The notes under the pieces are model-generated. The model did no database searches, was not told where the DNA came from, and saw nothing but the letters and a program-made list of their open reading frames with translations. A DNA stretch of 63,759 nucleotides, filler included, from Candidatus Nanoarchaeia archaeon (GTDB lineage: Archaea > Nanobdellota > Nanobdellia > Woesearchaeales > DATDTY01): assembly GCA_035290625.1 (NCBI GenBank). It is 5 parts of 5 records of this genome, joined end to end, with 100 filler letters (N's around TTAATTAATTAA, not from the genome) between each part and the next. Parts side by side here need not be neighbours in the genome. Positions count along the whole stretch, not along the records: positions 1 to 28,774 come from DATDTY010000049.1; 4 more parts are not named here. One strand, given 5' to 3'. Of the stretch, positions 9,782 to 19,039 are shown in pieces. Each line of letters starts with the position of its first letter. Positions within the stretch are counted from its first letter, which is position 1. Both the position numbers and the translations under genes were made by a program.

Positions 9782-11359
9782 ATGAAGCTGGAAAACTCAA
9801 TTATCGAATCAGTCTTCCTCCTTGCGCTCTTCCTCGCAGCATTCTGGCTCTGGACCCTCCCATTCCAGCAAAACCACACTCCTTTTGGCGATGTTGACTC
9901 ATCAACCCATTTTGGCTTAGGAGACTACATGGCATACAAGAATAAGGCAATCATTGACGTTCCGTATTTCTTCTCCTTCAGATATGGCAAGAACAACGCA
10001 GGCAAGCTGTGGTATCCTCCTCAGTACCACACAAATCAGGCAATCTTTGAGCTTTATGGCGGCTCCAGAGAGATTCCAGCCCAGATCTACATAGCTTTGA
10101 TGTCGGCAGCGGTCATCTTCACCTCTTATATCCTCATGCGAGCCATCTACGGCTTCCTTCCAGCCCTGCTCACATCAACCCTACTCCTCTTCTCTTCAAG
10201 AGATATCTCATGGTATATCCTCGGCCAATATCCCCAAGTCCTTTCATTTGGCCTTGTTCCTTTGTTCCTCGCAAGCCTTTATCTCTATGTCACAAAAAAG
10301 CAGACCATCCATCTCTATCTTGGATCAATTCTGATTGCTCTTCAGTTCTATTTCCACCCCCAAGCCATCTTTGTCTCAGCGATTGCAACGTTCTTCTTCG
10401 TTGTTTTTTATTTTTTAAAAGAAAAAAAAATTCCCTCAAATCTAAAACCGGATATAAAACACATAGTATTCTCAATCTTGATATTGGTGCTACTCATTGC
10501 CCCGTTCTATCAATTCCCCTTTGGAAAAGGCTCTATCTACAAGAATCCAATTTCGGCAGCATTGCAACAAGAGAAGCCCTATGGTCGTCTCCTTTACTGG
10601 TATGGCAATGAGAAGCCTGAAGGCATCTCTCCTTCCTACTATCAATTCACGGAGATGCACGGAAATCGGTTCTCATATCTCCTTATCCTCCTTACTATTC
10701 TAGGGCTTATCTTTACCATTTACAGAAGAAATCCAGCAGATCTCATGCTTCTTGCCATGTTCCTAACCCTTTACCTTGTCATGCACTCAAATGTCTTTGG
10801 ATTAGGCAGGGCAGAGCGCTTTATGGAGGCAGAGGCAATGCTTCTCTACCCAATTGCAGTCATTGGTTTTTTTGGCGTACTCTCGGCCTCAACTTCATTT
10901 TTCAAAATTGAAAATAATAAAAAAATAATAAAGATTGGGACTATAGCAGTACTCATCCTCTTTTCGCTTTTCACATTAGGAACAAATGCCTATACCCAAC
11001 TCAAAGGAGCCTATGCAGGCTATGGAAGGCTTACCCCTCCTCAAGTTGAGGCAGCCCAGTGGATGAGAGCCAACCTTCCCGAAGACGCAGATGTCTACCT
11101 TGTCGGCACAGCAATCTACACCAAGAAGAAATGGCTCCAGGCAGCTTCCTTTAGGCATATGGTCACAGATACAAAGCCCATTTTCCCGGATTTCTCCCTC
11201 TCTGATGCCAATTATGCCTTCCTTGATTACTCAGAACTTGGCTTGCTTGGCGGCCAACCAGCCCTCGATTCCATCAACGCCTGGGCTATCCAAAACATCC
11301 AAAATGCAACACTTCTGTATGATAAAGGCAATATCAGGGTGGTGAAGCTTGCTGAATAA
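9782..11359 (+). CDS. Polytopic membrane protein, GT-C-like
   Basis: N-terminal D-x-x-x-H loop, YPP motif, ~11 TM, C-terminal soluble domain (AAQWMRANLP). Confidence 0.55.
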   Translation: MKLENSIIESVFLLALFLAAFWLWTLPFQQNHTPFGDVDSSTHFGLGDYMAYKNKAIIDVPYFFSFRYGKNNAGKLWYPPQYHTNQAIFELYGGSREIPAQIYIALMSAAVIFTSYILMRAIYGFLPALLTSTLLLFSSRDISWYILGQYPQVLSFGLVPLFLASLYLYVTKKQTIHLYLGSILIALQFYFHPQAIFVSAIATFFFVVFYFLKEKKIPSNLKPDIKHIVFSILILVLLIAPFYQFPFGKGSIYKNPISAALQQEKPYGRLLYWYGNEKPEGISPSYYQFTEMHGNRFSYLLILLTILGLIFTIYRRNPADLMLLAMFLTLYLVMHSNVFGLGRAERFMEAEAMLLYPIAVIGFFGVLSASTSFFKIENNKKIIKIGTIAVLILFSLFTLGTNAYTQLKGAYAGYGRLTPPQVEAAQWMRANLPEDADVYLVGTAIYTKKKWLQAASFRHMVTDTKPIFPDFSLSDANYAFLDYSELGLLGGQPALDSINAWAIQNIQNATLLYDKGNIRVVKLAE

Positions 11360-11672
11360 ACCCCCCATTCCGGCAATTCTTGCAGCTTTGGCATTAGGCT
11401 TGGCGTTTGCCCTCTTTGGGCCTTCAGGAATTAGGTCCATCCTCACACTCTTCCTCTATGCTGTTCCTGTGTATGTCATCCTGCTGAAATCACCCCTCAG
11501 CCAAGCCGAGAAGGCCATTTATTCCCTCTTTATTGGAATTGGCATCATTCCCTCATTTGCCTACTGGCTGAGCCTCAAATATGCCTCATTGTCGGCTGCA
11601 GCAGCTATCGTCTTTTTTCTCTTGATTGGGGTAGGAGTCTTCATAAACAAAAGGCAACACACGGCTCAGTAG
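11349..11672 (+). CDS. Small 4-TM membrane protein
   Basis: 107 aa hydrophobic; similar to 13015-13419 (EK..GIGI); stop codon supplied by the TIR of element A. Confidence 0.6.
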   Translation: MLNKPPIPAILAALALGLAFALFGPSGIRSILTLFLYAVPVYVILLKSPLSQAEKAIYSLFIGIGIIPSFAYWLSLKYASLSAAAAIVFFLLIGVGVFINKRQHTAQ

Positions 11673-11864
11673 AAAGTCGTCATTGCCGCCCTTCGTGAGG
11701 CCCTGCTCAGCTCAAATGCAGACCGACAAGGGGGTAGTCCCATTCGGGGGATGTCGGTTTATTCAAAGTACAATGCAAGCCGAAATGCCCCGAAGGAGCG
11801 ACCAAAAATGTGAAGCATTTTTGAGTACCGGCGGCAATCGCAAAGCGAGACTTTCTACTGAGCC
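11663..11864 (+). mobile_element. MITE-like element A carrying a structured, putative dual-guide RNA
   Basis: 16-bp TIR GGCTCAGTAGAAAGTC/GACTTTCTACTGAGCC; degenerate 9-bp TSD GCAACACAC/GCAACTCCC; conserved internal fold. Confidence 0.8.
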
Positions 11865-12059
11865 GCAACTCCCTCAATAATCCAAGATAAGTCTTTGTAG
11901 AAAAATATAAATTTTCCTCATACAAACCTCTCAAACCAAGAAAAACTTGTTTATTCTTTGTGATTATTACTCAAAAATAAACTTCTAGAAAAAAATAAAG
12001 AACTCTGATGAACAAAGATATATAATCCCTTAAACCTTCTAATTGTCCACCCCTTAGCC

Positions 12060-12998
12060 ATGCAACCCCCCACTTCACATAAAGCCAGAAAGAGCTATGC
12101 AAGTAAATTCATCACTCTGGCAGCCGCTGCCCTTCTCTATGCCGCTCCATCTTACGCTTCTGGGCCAACAGCAGGGCCAGCAATAGCCCCCAGTCATCAG
12201 GCAACAAGCCAATACACCAAGCAACAAGCCAATACATCCCAAATCCGGCCTGCAACAAGCCAAGAGCAGCTACACAACCAAATATCTGACCTTGAGCTCC
12301 AGATACAAGCGCTTTCCAAGCAAAAATCAGAGCTGGAAAGCCTTCTCCCAGCCCCCCCTCCACCCCCTCCCGATACCCTTTCAGGCTCACTAATGGCAGG
12401 CCTGACCTACACAGAGAAGAACGGCACCAAAGGCCTCACAGGCACAGCAGACATCAAGGTTGACTACACTCCTACTGAAAGTGTCTCCTACAAATTCAGG
12501 AACCTTTTGGATGTTGTTGGAAATGGCAGCGAAACGCAGCTGAGAAACCAACTGACTCTTAGCAGATATGCTGAGTTAACCGAGCGCTATGACTGGTTCC
12601 TTGAGGCAGAATCAATCTACGACCGAGACATGTTCAAGCAGAATCTCGATGCAGGTCTCCGCATTAATCACCCATTCGATATTTCCTGGCTTGATCTTGA
12701 ATTTGGGGCAGGCAGCCAGTATTTTGACAAGGATTTGCGCTTCATCATGACTCAAAAAACCATCATCAACTACCCTCTTACATGGAATGACGAAGTATGG
12801 GCAACTCTGAAGGCAGAGCAGAAATTCATACTCCTTGATACAGGCAATCTTGATGAGGCACGAGGCGAGTACAGCCTATCACTAGCTAAAAGCCTCTATC
12901 CTGGGCTTAACATCGAACTCTTTCACCGCCGGGTTGATGATAAATCCATTGGAACTACCTTCAGCATAACAGGAGTTGCTGTCACAACGACATTCTGA
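12060..12998 (+). CDS. Secreted protein with DUF481/YdiY-like beta-barrel-type domain
   Basis: Signal peptide, coiled coil, poly-Pro linker, alternating amphipathic beta strands, terminal Phe (GVAVTTTF). Confidence 0.55.
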   Translation: MQPPTSHKARKSYASKFITLAAAALLYAAPSYASGPTAGPAIAPSHQATSQYTKQQANTSQIRPATSQEQLHNQISDLELQIQALSKQKSELESLLPAPPPPPPDTLSGSLMAGLTYTEKNGTKGLTGTADIKVDYTPTESVSYKFRNLLDVVGNGSETQLRNQLTLSRYAELTERYDWFLEAESIYDRDMFKQNLDAGLRINHPFDISWLDLEFGAGSQYFDKDLRFIMTQKTIINYPLTWNDEVWATLKAEQKFILLDTGNLDEARGEYSLSLAKSLYPGLNIELFHRRVDDKSIGTTFSITGVAVTTTF

Positions 12999-13014
12999 GA
13001 ACGCGCGGGCAGAG

Positions 13015-13419
13015 TTATATGCTGCTCTCCCTCCTGCTTGCAGATCTCCATATGATCCAACCACCTACCAGAAGCATAACCAATGGTATAATCACTGAAT
13101 GATACTTCAAATCCAATCCGATAATCGACAGATTATATCCAACCACGCCAAACACAGCAATGCCTATACCTGCCCCAATCACAACCCTTTCCAGGAAATC
13201 CAACTTCGATTGCCAATAAAGCATTAAACTCCACCCCGGCAAAATAAACATCCACCACAACAAGGCAGCAATCCTCGTCGTAACCAAGAACGATTCATTG
13301 TAAAAAATAATCTTTAATAAAATAATCAAGCCCAACACTATATAAATCAGATACAAGCATTCTTTCTTTATCATAGAAACTACATCTTTATCCAAGGCAG
13401 TCATCTCCTGGGTTTTCAT
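13015..13419 (-). CDS. Small membrane protein, paralog of 11349-11672
   Basis: FILPGW..LDFLERVVIGAGIGI; 4 TM. Confidence 0.6.
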   Translation of the reverse strand: MKTQEMTALDKDVVSMIKKECLYLIYIVLGLIILLKIIFYNESFLVTTRIAALLWWMFILPGWSLMLYWQSKLDFLERVVIGAGIGIAVFGVVGYNLSIIGLDLKYHSVIIPLVMLLVGGWIIWRSASRRESSI

Positions 13420-15085
13420 TCTCTAATATCGCCACCAGCGGATTTGAATAGATCTCCTTTATCCATGGTTTCTGCAAAAGAGTCTGCGCAATGGCCATGT
13501 TATACTGGGCAAGGACTTGCTGCCCTGCGCTCTTGGTAAAATAGAGGTAACGTGCAGTGCAGATATCTTTCTCCTCCACCTCCTTTGGAGGATAGACAAG
13601 CCCCTGGTATTTCATTTTTGTGCAGCCATAGGTAGAGTTTCCAACGAGCTGCAGGTTGAGGTGGTTGGGATAATACCCGGCATCTGAAAGCAGATTAAAC
13701 TCGCAAAGGTACACATGATAGCTGTCTGCCAATCCAAAAAAATACTTCCTAAATATCTTCTGCTGCTGGATTCCCTCATCCATAGTCTTTGGATTGATCT
13801 TAAATGAAACCCTGTGCGAGTTATACAACGCAGCAGCCTGGCTCAAGCCATCAGAATAGAAATAATAAACAAATGAGTCAGGATCAGTATTCTCCCGGAT
13901 CCACAGCAGGCTCTCCCATGTATACCCATCCATAAGCCCGCTTCCTGCGTTGGTAACTTTTAATAGTGGAACTCCAAAAAGCAGCAATAAGCCTAAAGCA
14001 ACAGCCGCAGAGTGTCGAAAATCCCACTTCTTGTAAATAAAGTTTTTAACAACAAAATGGATTCCAAACCCAATAAAAAAAGCAAGGTAGAACCACCAGT
14101 AAAACCGGTGCGTATATGCTCTCTTTCCGAAACCAATGACATACATATAGCTCATGGCAAACATGAACAGGGAGAAAAGAGCAATGACCCAAGAAGCACG
14201 ATCCCGTTTTGCTAAAAACCAAATAATATACACAAAAAACCCACCAATCGCAAGTAGCCCCCAAAATCCCAGCAATCCAAGATTCACTTCCCTAAACCCA
14301 AATGTTCCTTCGCGCACAGTCTGCAATCCTCCCTGCAATAAATAAAACCCCCTGTAAAAAATTCCAAGGTTATACGCAGCAAGCGCAAAGGAGGCAATCC
14401 CCGCAAAAATGACTGGCTTCAGAGCAACAAAAAAATCCTTTCTAAATACAAAGAACTCAAATAACAAAAATAAGATAATAAAGAACACAGTAAATATTGC
14501 TTGAGGAGGGTGAGCTAAAAAGGTGGCGGCTAAGCTAACCCCAAATAACCTCCATAACCCTCTCTCGGAAATCCTCTGAAGAAACCATACATTGAGAAAC
14601 AAAAACAGCACCCCAGCAACAAAAAGCCAGTTTCCCCACCAAATCCCTTGATTAAACGGAACAGTCAGAATCAGCAAGGTAAAGGGAATCCCAATCAGCG
14701 CCGCATGCGTGTTAAACCTCCTTAAAACAAAATACAAAACAAGTGCAGTCAATGCAAAAAACAAAACTGTTATAAAATAGATTCCGTCATACACCTCAAT
14801 CCCTGCTGCCTTTGAAAAAACAGCAGACATATAGTACAAAAACGGAGGGTGAACATCATACACTCCTCTATGCCCACCAACCTCATACCACGGAGTTATC
14901 TTTACCTGCCCCGTCTCCTTGAAATAATCTGCAACGCTCTGGTGCAGAAAGGAATCTGAGGCAAGATAGCCATAAGGATGGTCATGTTTGACCTTGAACT
15001 CCCAGGCATTCCCTAATCCAAGATAAAGAAACGCCGAAAGGACAAGGACGATAATGCCTGCCTCAAGCCCTTTTTTCACATCCAT
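13388..15085 (-). CDS. Polytopic GT-C-like membrane protein, paralog of 9782-11359
   Basis: HPYGYLASDSFLH vs HTPFGDVDSSTH; HPP; HPPQAIF vs HPQAIF; WIRENT vs WMRANL. Confidence 0.6.
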   Translation of the reverse strand: MDVKKGLEAGIIVLVLSAFLYLGLGNAWEFKVKHDHPYGYLASDSFLHQSVADYFKETGQVKITPWYEVGGHRGVYDVHPPFLYYMSAVFSKAAGIEVYDGIYFITVLFFALTALVLYFVLRRFNTHAALIGIPFTLLILTVPFNQGIWWGNWLFVAGVLFLFLNVWFLQRISERGLWRLFGVSLAATFLAHPPQAIFTVFFIILFLLFEFFVFRKDFFVALKPVIFAGIASFALAAYNLGIFYRGFYLLQGGLQTVREGTFGFREVNLGLLGFWGLLAIGGFFVYIIWFLAKRDRASWVIALFSLFMFAMSYMYVIGFGKRAYTHRFYWWFYLAFFIGFGIHFVVKNFIYKKWDFRHSAAVALGLLLLFGVPLLKVTNAGSGLMDGYTWESLLWIRENTDPDSFVYYFYSDGLSQAAALYNSHRVSFKINPKTMDEGIQQQKIFRKYFFGLADSYHVYLCEFNLLSDAGYYPNHLNLQLVGNSTYGCTKMKYQGLVYPPKEVEEKDICTARYLYFTKSAGQQVLAQYNMAIAQTLLQKPWIKEIYSNPLVAILENENPGDDCLG

Positions 15086-15122
15086 ACGAACAGTTAAAGA
15101 AGCCGAGTTTAAAAGAATTGCT

Positions 15123-15908
15123 CTAGACCCAAATCTCCTTATCCCTAAACTTGATGAGCCCCTCCTCAGAAAGCTCCAAACACAATTCCCGAATAAACCG
15201 GAGAGGCGTCTTTAATTGTTTTGAAACATCCTGCGTACGAAGATTCCCTTTCAGCGCCATCTTCACAATCTGGCTCCTGTACCATCTTCTGCTTCCTTCA
15301 AACTTCCCTTGTTTCCCCAGTGAAGAGACTCCAGTCTTCCTTGCTGTTGCAACCATTGCTCCATAATCCATCAATGCATTATGCCAGATTCTTGATTTTC
15401 CCTTGGGGATAAGCTCTTTTGCAATCTTCTCCAATTCCATAAAAGAAATTCTTTCATCCAATCCAAACTCATGGATCAAGATCCTCCGGATATTGGTATC
15501 AACAACAGGAACTGCTTTATTAAACGCAAAAGCCAAAACAGCCCTGCTGGTATACGGCCCAATCCCTGGCAAACTCCGCAGATCCGCCTCATTCTTTGGA
15601 AATTCCCCTCCAAACCTCTCAACAATCTCCTGGCAAGCTCTCTTGAGACTGATTGCCCTTCTGTTATACCCCAATCCTGACCAAAGCAGCAGCAACTCCC
15701 TATCATTCGCCTTGCTCAACGCAAAAACATTTGGATATCTCTCCACAAATGCCGAATACTTCGGAACAACCCTCTCTGTCTGTGTCTGCTGGAGCATCAC
15801 CTCAGAGACGAGAATCTTGTACGGATCCTTTGTTTTTCTCCAGGGAAAATCCCTCCCCAGCTTCGCGTAATGACCCAATATTTTGTTTTGAACGCGTTTG
15901 ATCGCCAT
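15123..15908 (-). CDS. MutY-like HhH-GPD DNA glycosylase (no Fe-S Cys motif)
   Basis: PWR..DPYKILVSEVMLQQT, WSGLGYNRRA, LPGIGPYT, VDTNIRR. Confidence 0.85.
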   Translation of the reverse strand: MAIKRVQNKILGHYAKLGRDFPWRKTKDPYKILVSEVMLQQTQTERVVPKYSAFVERYPNVFALSKANDRELLLLWSGLGYNRRAISLKRACQEIVERFGGEFPKNEADLRSLPGIGPYTSRAVLAFAFNKAVPVVDTNIRRILIHEFGLDERISFMELEKIAKELIPKGKSRIWHNALMDYGAMVATARKTGVSSLGKQGKFEGSRRWYRSQIVKMALKGNLRTQDVSKQLKTPLRFIRELCLELSEEGLIKFRDKEIWV

Positions 15909-15964
15909 ACAATCGCATACCTCCTATCCCTTATTTATGCTTTGCTTTGCATATCTTAATAGGT

Positions 15965-16591
15965 TGAGCCAGAAATCTCCGCAGTTTACTGCGTGAGATG
16001 AATGGCTCAGTAAACTATTTCTACTACAAAAATAAAAAAATGCGTGGCGAACGAATTTTTGCGCCACGCACTAACATCTCAAGTTAGCGTGAGCTTTCTT
16101 CGCCGGAGCGCGAGCAAAATGGCAACCCTTGAAATGAAACATTATGCCCACAAAGTCGACGTGAACGTGCATCATCTGGAATGGTGCACAAAGTACCGCT
16201 ACAAGATGTTTAAGCAGGAAGAGTATAAAAATCTAGCTGAAGAAATTTTGCGCGAGACCGCGCAAAGGCATAATATCCTCTTCCGCGAACTGTTTGTTAT
16301 GCCTGAGCACATCCACGCAAGCGTTGAAGCTCCAATGTCAATGAGCCAAAGCAAAGTGCTTCAGTTGCTTAAAGGAAATCTGAGCTATCAATTATTTCGG
16401 CGGCAGCCGAAATTCCGGCTGCGCTATCCGCAGGGGCATTTCTTCAGCCCAGGAGCTTATGCTGGCAGCGTCGGCTACAACACGGTTGATGTCGTCGACA
16501 GCTATGTAAGAAATCAGGCAGACATACACCAGATGCGCCTGCCGTCGTTCACGTCAGGAAGCCCCGCACTTTAGTGCGGGGAGGAGGTCAC
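15965..16591 (+). mobile_element. IS200/IS605-family element, TnpA only
   Basis: Left-end hairpin CTCCGCAGTTTACTGCGTGAG and right-end hairpin CCCCGCACTTTAGTGCGGGG followed by AGGAGGTCAC; boundaries approximate. Confidence 0.8.
16119..16574 (+). CDS. tnpA: IS200-type Y1 HUH transposase
   Basis: HLEWCTKYR, HIH (HuH) motif, LKG, YVRNQ catalytic Tyr. Confidence 0.9.
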   Translation: MATLEMKHYAHKVDVNVHHLEWCTKYRYKMFKQEEYKNLAEEILRETAQRHNILFRELFVMPEHIHASVEAPMSMSQSKVLQLLKGNLSYQLFRRQPKFRLRYPQGHFFSPGAYAGSVGYNTVDVVDSYVRNQADIHQMRLPSFTSGSPAL

Positions 16592-16617
16592 TAAATAAAT
16601 CAGTATTCTTTCTATGT

Positions 16618-17241
16618 ATGTACCGTCTCGAAAAAATGATATATACCCTTTTGGAGAATATGCATAGAGAAGAGTTGGAGAACAACCTTAAAGCAATGCA
16701 ATATGTAGGCTGGCCCGATGCCGAGTTACTCACAACTCCACGTGACATGCTGCTTGAAATGAAGAATTTGAGTGCATCCCATCACGAAGGCCTGGTTTCA
16801 TTAACTGATTATTATGCTCTTGATTTCAACGCCGCGAAGCCTAAAAGGCCGCGTACGGGGTATATTGTTAAAGCTGTAGGAATGGTAGTTGACAGAGTAC
16901 TCGCTGGCGCGTTCCCAGACCGCTATAGGATAGATTTAGTGGCGATCTCGCATATCGAAAGCATCAAAGGAAAAGTTCCCCACAAAATCATTACAGTCAC
17001 GAATGGAGAGAAAAACCTTGAATGCTATGTTGATATGCACCCAGAACTTATCTCCCATAAATTTGAGCATTATTTATCTCAGGCGTTCATTCATCAGGGG
17101 GTGGATAATATTATCGTCGGCAAGCCAAAAAAGAACAGGACAAGATTATTCTCTATTAATCCCTACTCGGGCGATAAACATAAAGAGCCCGTAATCCCAG
17201 ACCAAGCGATGCCCTATCTTCTTTCACTGCTTGCCGCATGA
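16618..17241 (+). CDS. Hypothetical protein
   Basis: 207-aa ORF, no recognised motif. Confidence 0.5.
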   Translation: MYRLEKMIYTLLENMHREELENNLKAMQYVGWPDAELLTTPRDMLLEMKNLSASHHEGLVSLTDYYALDFNAAKPKRPRTGYIVKAVGMVVDRVLAGAFPDRYRIDLVAISHIESIKGKVPHKIITVTNGEKNLECYVDMHPELISHKFEHYLSQAFIHQGVDNIIVGKPKKNRTRLFSINPYSGDKHKEPVIPDQAMPYLLSLLAA

Positions 17242-17366
17242 TTACAAAATTCTTTTCTTTTTAAGACTCCATTATACTCCTTTACCCTAATCAACCTTCC
17301 TAAAAACGCAAAAAACCAAGCATAGAAACCTTTATAAACCGCCTCCTATTCTTGTGAATCCATATC

Positions 17367-17456
17367 GGGGCTGTGGGGTAACTTGGTCAATCCTTTCTGG
17401 TTTGGGACCAGACGATCCCGGTTCAAAGCCTGTGGGTGAAAGTCCGGGCAGCCCCA
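17367..17456 (+). tRNA. tRNA-Pro(TGG) with 15-nt intron in the T-loop (59/60), intron 17428-17442
   Basis: Acceptor GGGGCTG/CAGCCCC, anticodon stem TCTGG/CCAGA with TGG at 17403-05, T-stem CCCGG/CCGGG, canonical BHB motif. Confidence 0.92.
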
Positions 17457-17464
17457 GTTGAACA

Positions 17465-17704
17465 ATGGCTAACACGACACGACGCTTTGGAGCCCGCTAC
17501 GGAATCAAGGTCAGAAAAAACGTCGAAAAAATTGAAGTAATTCTCAGGCGAAAGCACGTCTGCCCCTATTGCAAGGCTCCTGCAGTCAGGCGCAAAGCAG
17601 TTGGCATTTGGAGCTGCCGTAAATGCAAGTCAGTCTTCACTGCCCGTGCTTATGACTCTATTAAGACAGTCATAGCTTCAGGAAAAACATCGGAGCCTAA
17701 ATGA
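17465..17704 (+). CDS. rpl37ae: 50S ribosomal protein eL43 (L37ae)
   Basis: RFGARYG, CPYC, GIWSCRKC. Confidence 0.95.
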   Translation: MANTTRRFGARYGIKVRKNVEKIEVILRRKHVCPYCKAPAVRRKAVGIWSCRKCKSVFTARAYDSIKTVIASGKTSEPK

Positions 17705-17838
17705 CATCCTATAAATGCTTTACCTGCAATAAGCGCATAGGCTTTGAAAGCCTTGGAAAGCGGATCAGATGCCAGTATTGCGGCTCAAAGATGCTTTTTA
17801 AGCCGAGATCCAAGCCTACACAGGTAAAGGCGCGGTAA
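17701..17838 (+). CDS. rpoP: RNA polymerase subunit Rpo12 (RpoP); not in ORF track
   Basis: MTSYKCFTCNK..IRCQYCGSKMLFKPR..VKAR, 45 aa; conserved position after rpl37ae. Confidence 0.9.
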   Translation: MTSYKCFTCNKRIGFESLGKRIRCQYCGSKMLFKPRSKPTQVKAR

Positions 17839-17839
17839 C

Positions 17840-18172
17840 ATGGCCGATAAATCAACACAGCAGAAAATAGAGCAACTGCAGCAGTTCGAGCAGAGCCTGC
17901 AGAACTTTCTTGCCCAGAAGCAGAGCTTTGAATCGCAGCGCATTGAGCTGGACGCAGCCCAAAAAGAGCTTGAGTCTGTTGATGAAGCCTACAAGCTCAT
18001 CGGAAATATCATGGTCCTCAAGAAGAAAACCTCCCTTACTGATGATATTGCCGAAAAAAAGAAAATAGCAGACCTTCGCATCAAATCAATCGAAAAGCAG
18101 GAGGAAACTCTTAGAAAGCGGGCCAAGGAGCTCCAAGCCGAAGTGCTCGGTGCTATGAAAAAGGAACCATGA
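17840..18172 (+). CDS. pfdB: Prefoldin beta subunit
   Basis: Coiled coil with YKLIGNIMV hairpin; conserved operon context. Confidence 0.9.
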   Translation: MADKSTQQKIEQLQQFEQSLQNFLAQKQSFESQRIELDAAQKELESVDEAYKLIGNIMVLKKKTSLTDDIAEKKKIADLRIKSIEKQEETLRKRAKELQAEVLGAMKKEP

Positions 18173-18417
18173 ACCAGTTTATTGAGATTATCGAAATCCT
18201 GAAAACATTGCAGGATGATGCGGCTGTTCCAAAGAACATACGCCTGAGAGTGCAGGGAACTGTCACAATCCTGGAAAGCGGTGAGGAATCCTCTATCAAG
18301 ATCAACAAAGCGCTGAATGAGCTTGAAGACCTCGCAGATGACTCAAACATGCAGTCGTACATACGAACGCAGCTGTGGAATGTCGTGAGTTCTCTTGAGA
18401 AATTGACTGCCCTGTAA
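18169..18417 (+). CDS. UPF0147 family protein
   Basis: D..VPKNIR..LEDLADDSNMQSYIRTQLWNVVSSLE. Confidence 0.85.
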   Translation: MNQFIEIIEILKTLQDDAAVPKNIRLRVQGTVTILESGEESSIKINKALNELEDLADDSNMQSYIRTQLWNVVSSLEKLTAL

Positions 18418-18452
18418 TCTTTGCGCAATCGGCGTATACTCTTTCGCGCAAT

Positions 18453-18995
18453 CTACAATTTCTGAATAATCTGCCCTCTCAACAGCCGGTTTGGGACGAT
18501 GTAGCAATCCCCTTTCCTTGTCTCAACACGCGTCTGCACAAGGCCGAAGTGGACAATCTTCCCCTCAATCCCCTGCGCAGCAATCCTGGAATTCTCTTTG
18601 ATGCCCTGCCTGCTCAGGATACTCCATGCCAGCAGGTTGGGCAGAACATCCTTCAATGCCGTCAGGGTTGAAACAATGAGAAGGAAAACAACCGCTCCGC
18701 CAATGAAAGTGAATGCCCACGCTCCTATCCCCAGCTTGTCAAAAACAAGGAGAATCGTGATGACATACGTTCCATACATCACAATGCCTCCGATCGCCTG
18801 CTCAATCGGAACTCCCAATCCCGTTACCTGCTTCGCAAGAAAATTTATCTCGATCTCATTCAGGCCGCGCTCGATAAGCCTGCCAAGAAGCCTGCCAAGA
18901 GTGAATCCTACAACGAGGATGAGAAAGGCAATGATAATCTCGGTAAAGAATCCTGACAAGGATTCACTAATCATCGATAGAACTGACACAGCCAT
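18453..18995 (-). CDS. Small MscS-like membrane protein
   Basis: TM helices, KDVLPNLLA, GIEGKIVHFGLVQTRV..VPN. Confidence 0.7.
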   Translation of the reverse strand: MAVSVLSMISESLSGFFTEIIIAFLILVVGFTLGRLLGRLIERGLNEIEINFLAKQVTGLGVPIEQAIGGIVMYGTYVITILLVFDKLGIGAWAFTFIGGAVVFLLIVSTLTALKDVLPNLLAWSILSRQGIKENSRIAAQGIEGKIVHFGLVQTRVETRKGDCYIVPNRLLRGQIIQKL

Positions 18996-19039
18996 AGCTT
19001 GTAAAATCACTACAATCTTTATAAATATGGTGGTTCTGA

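Noticed and set aside
11683..11934. Short ORFs over elements A, B, C, E and F, and many antisense ORFs inside long genes
   Set aside because: Shadow ORFs without motifs; the regions are better explained by structured repeats or opposite-strand genes
16004..16012. GGCTCAGTA matching the MITE TIR tip
   Set aside because: It pairs with TGAGCC at 15965 as part of the IS200 left-end hairpin; no AAAGTC or internal fold follows
16557..17241. Possible TnpB/omega-RNA system after tnpA
   Set aside because: The right-end hairpin directly follows tnpA; the downstream 207-aa ORF lies outside it and lacks RuvC/Zn-finger motifs
17435..17444. GGTGAAAGTC in the tRNA intron junction equals the TIR core of element D
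   Set aside because: Only 10 nt and fully explained by BHB and T-stem constraints
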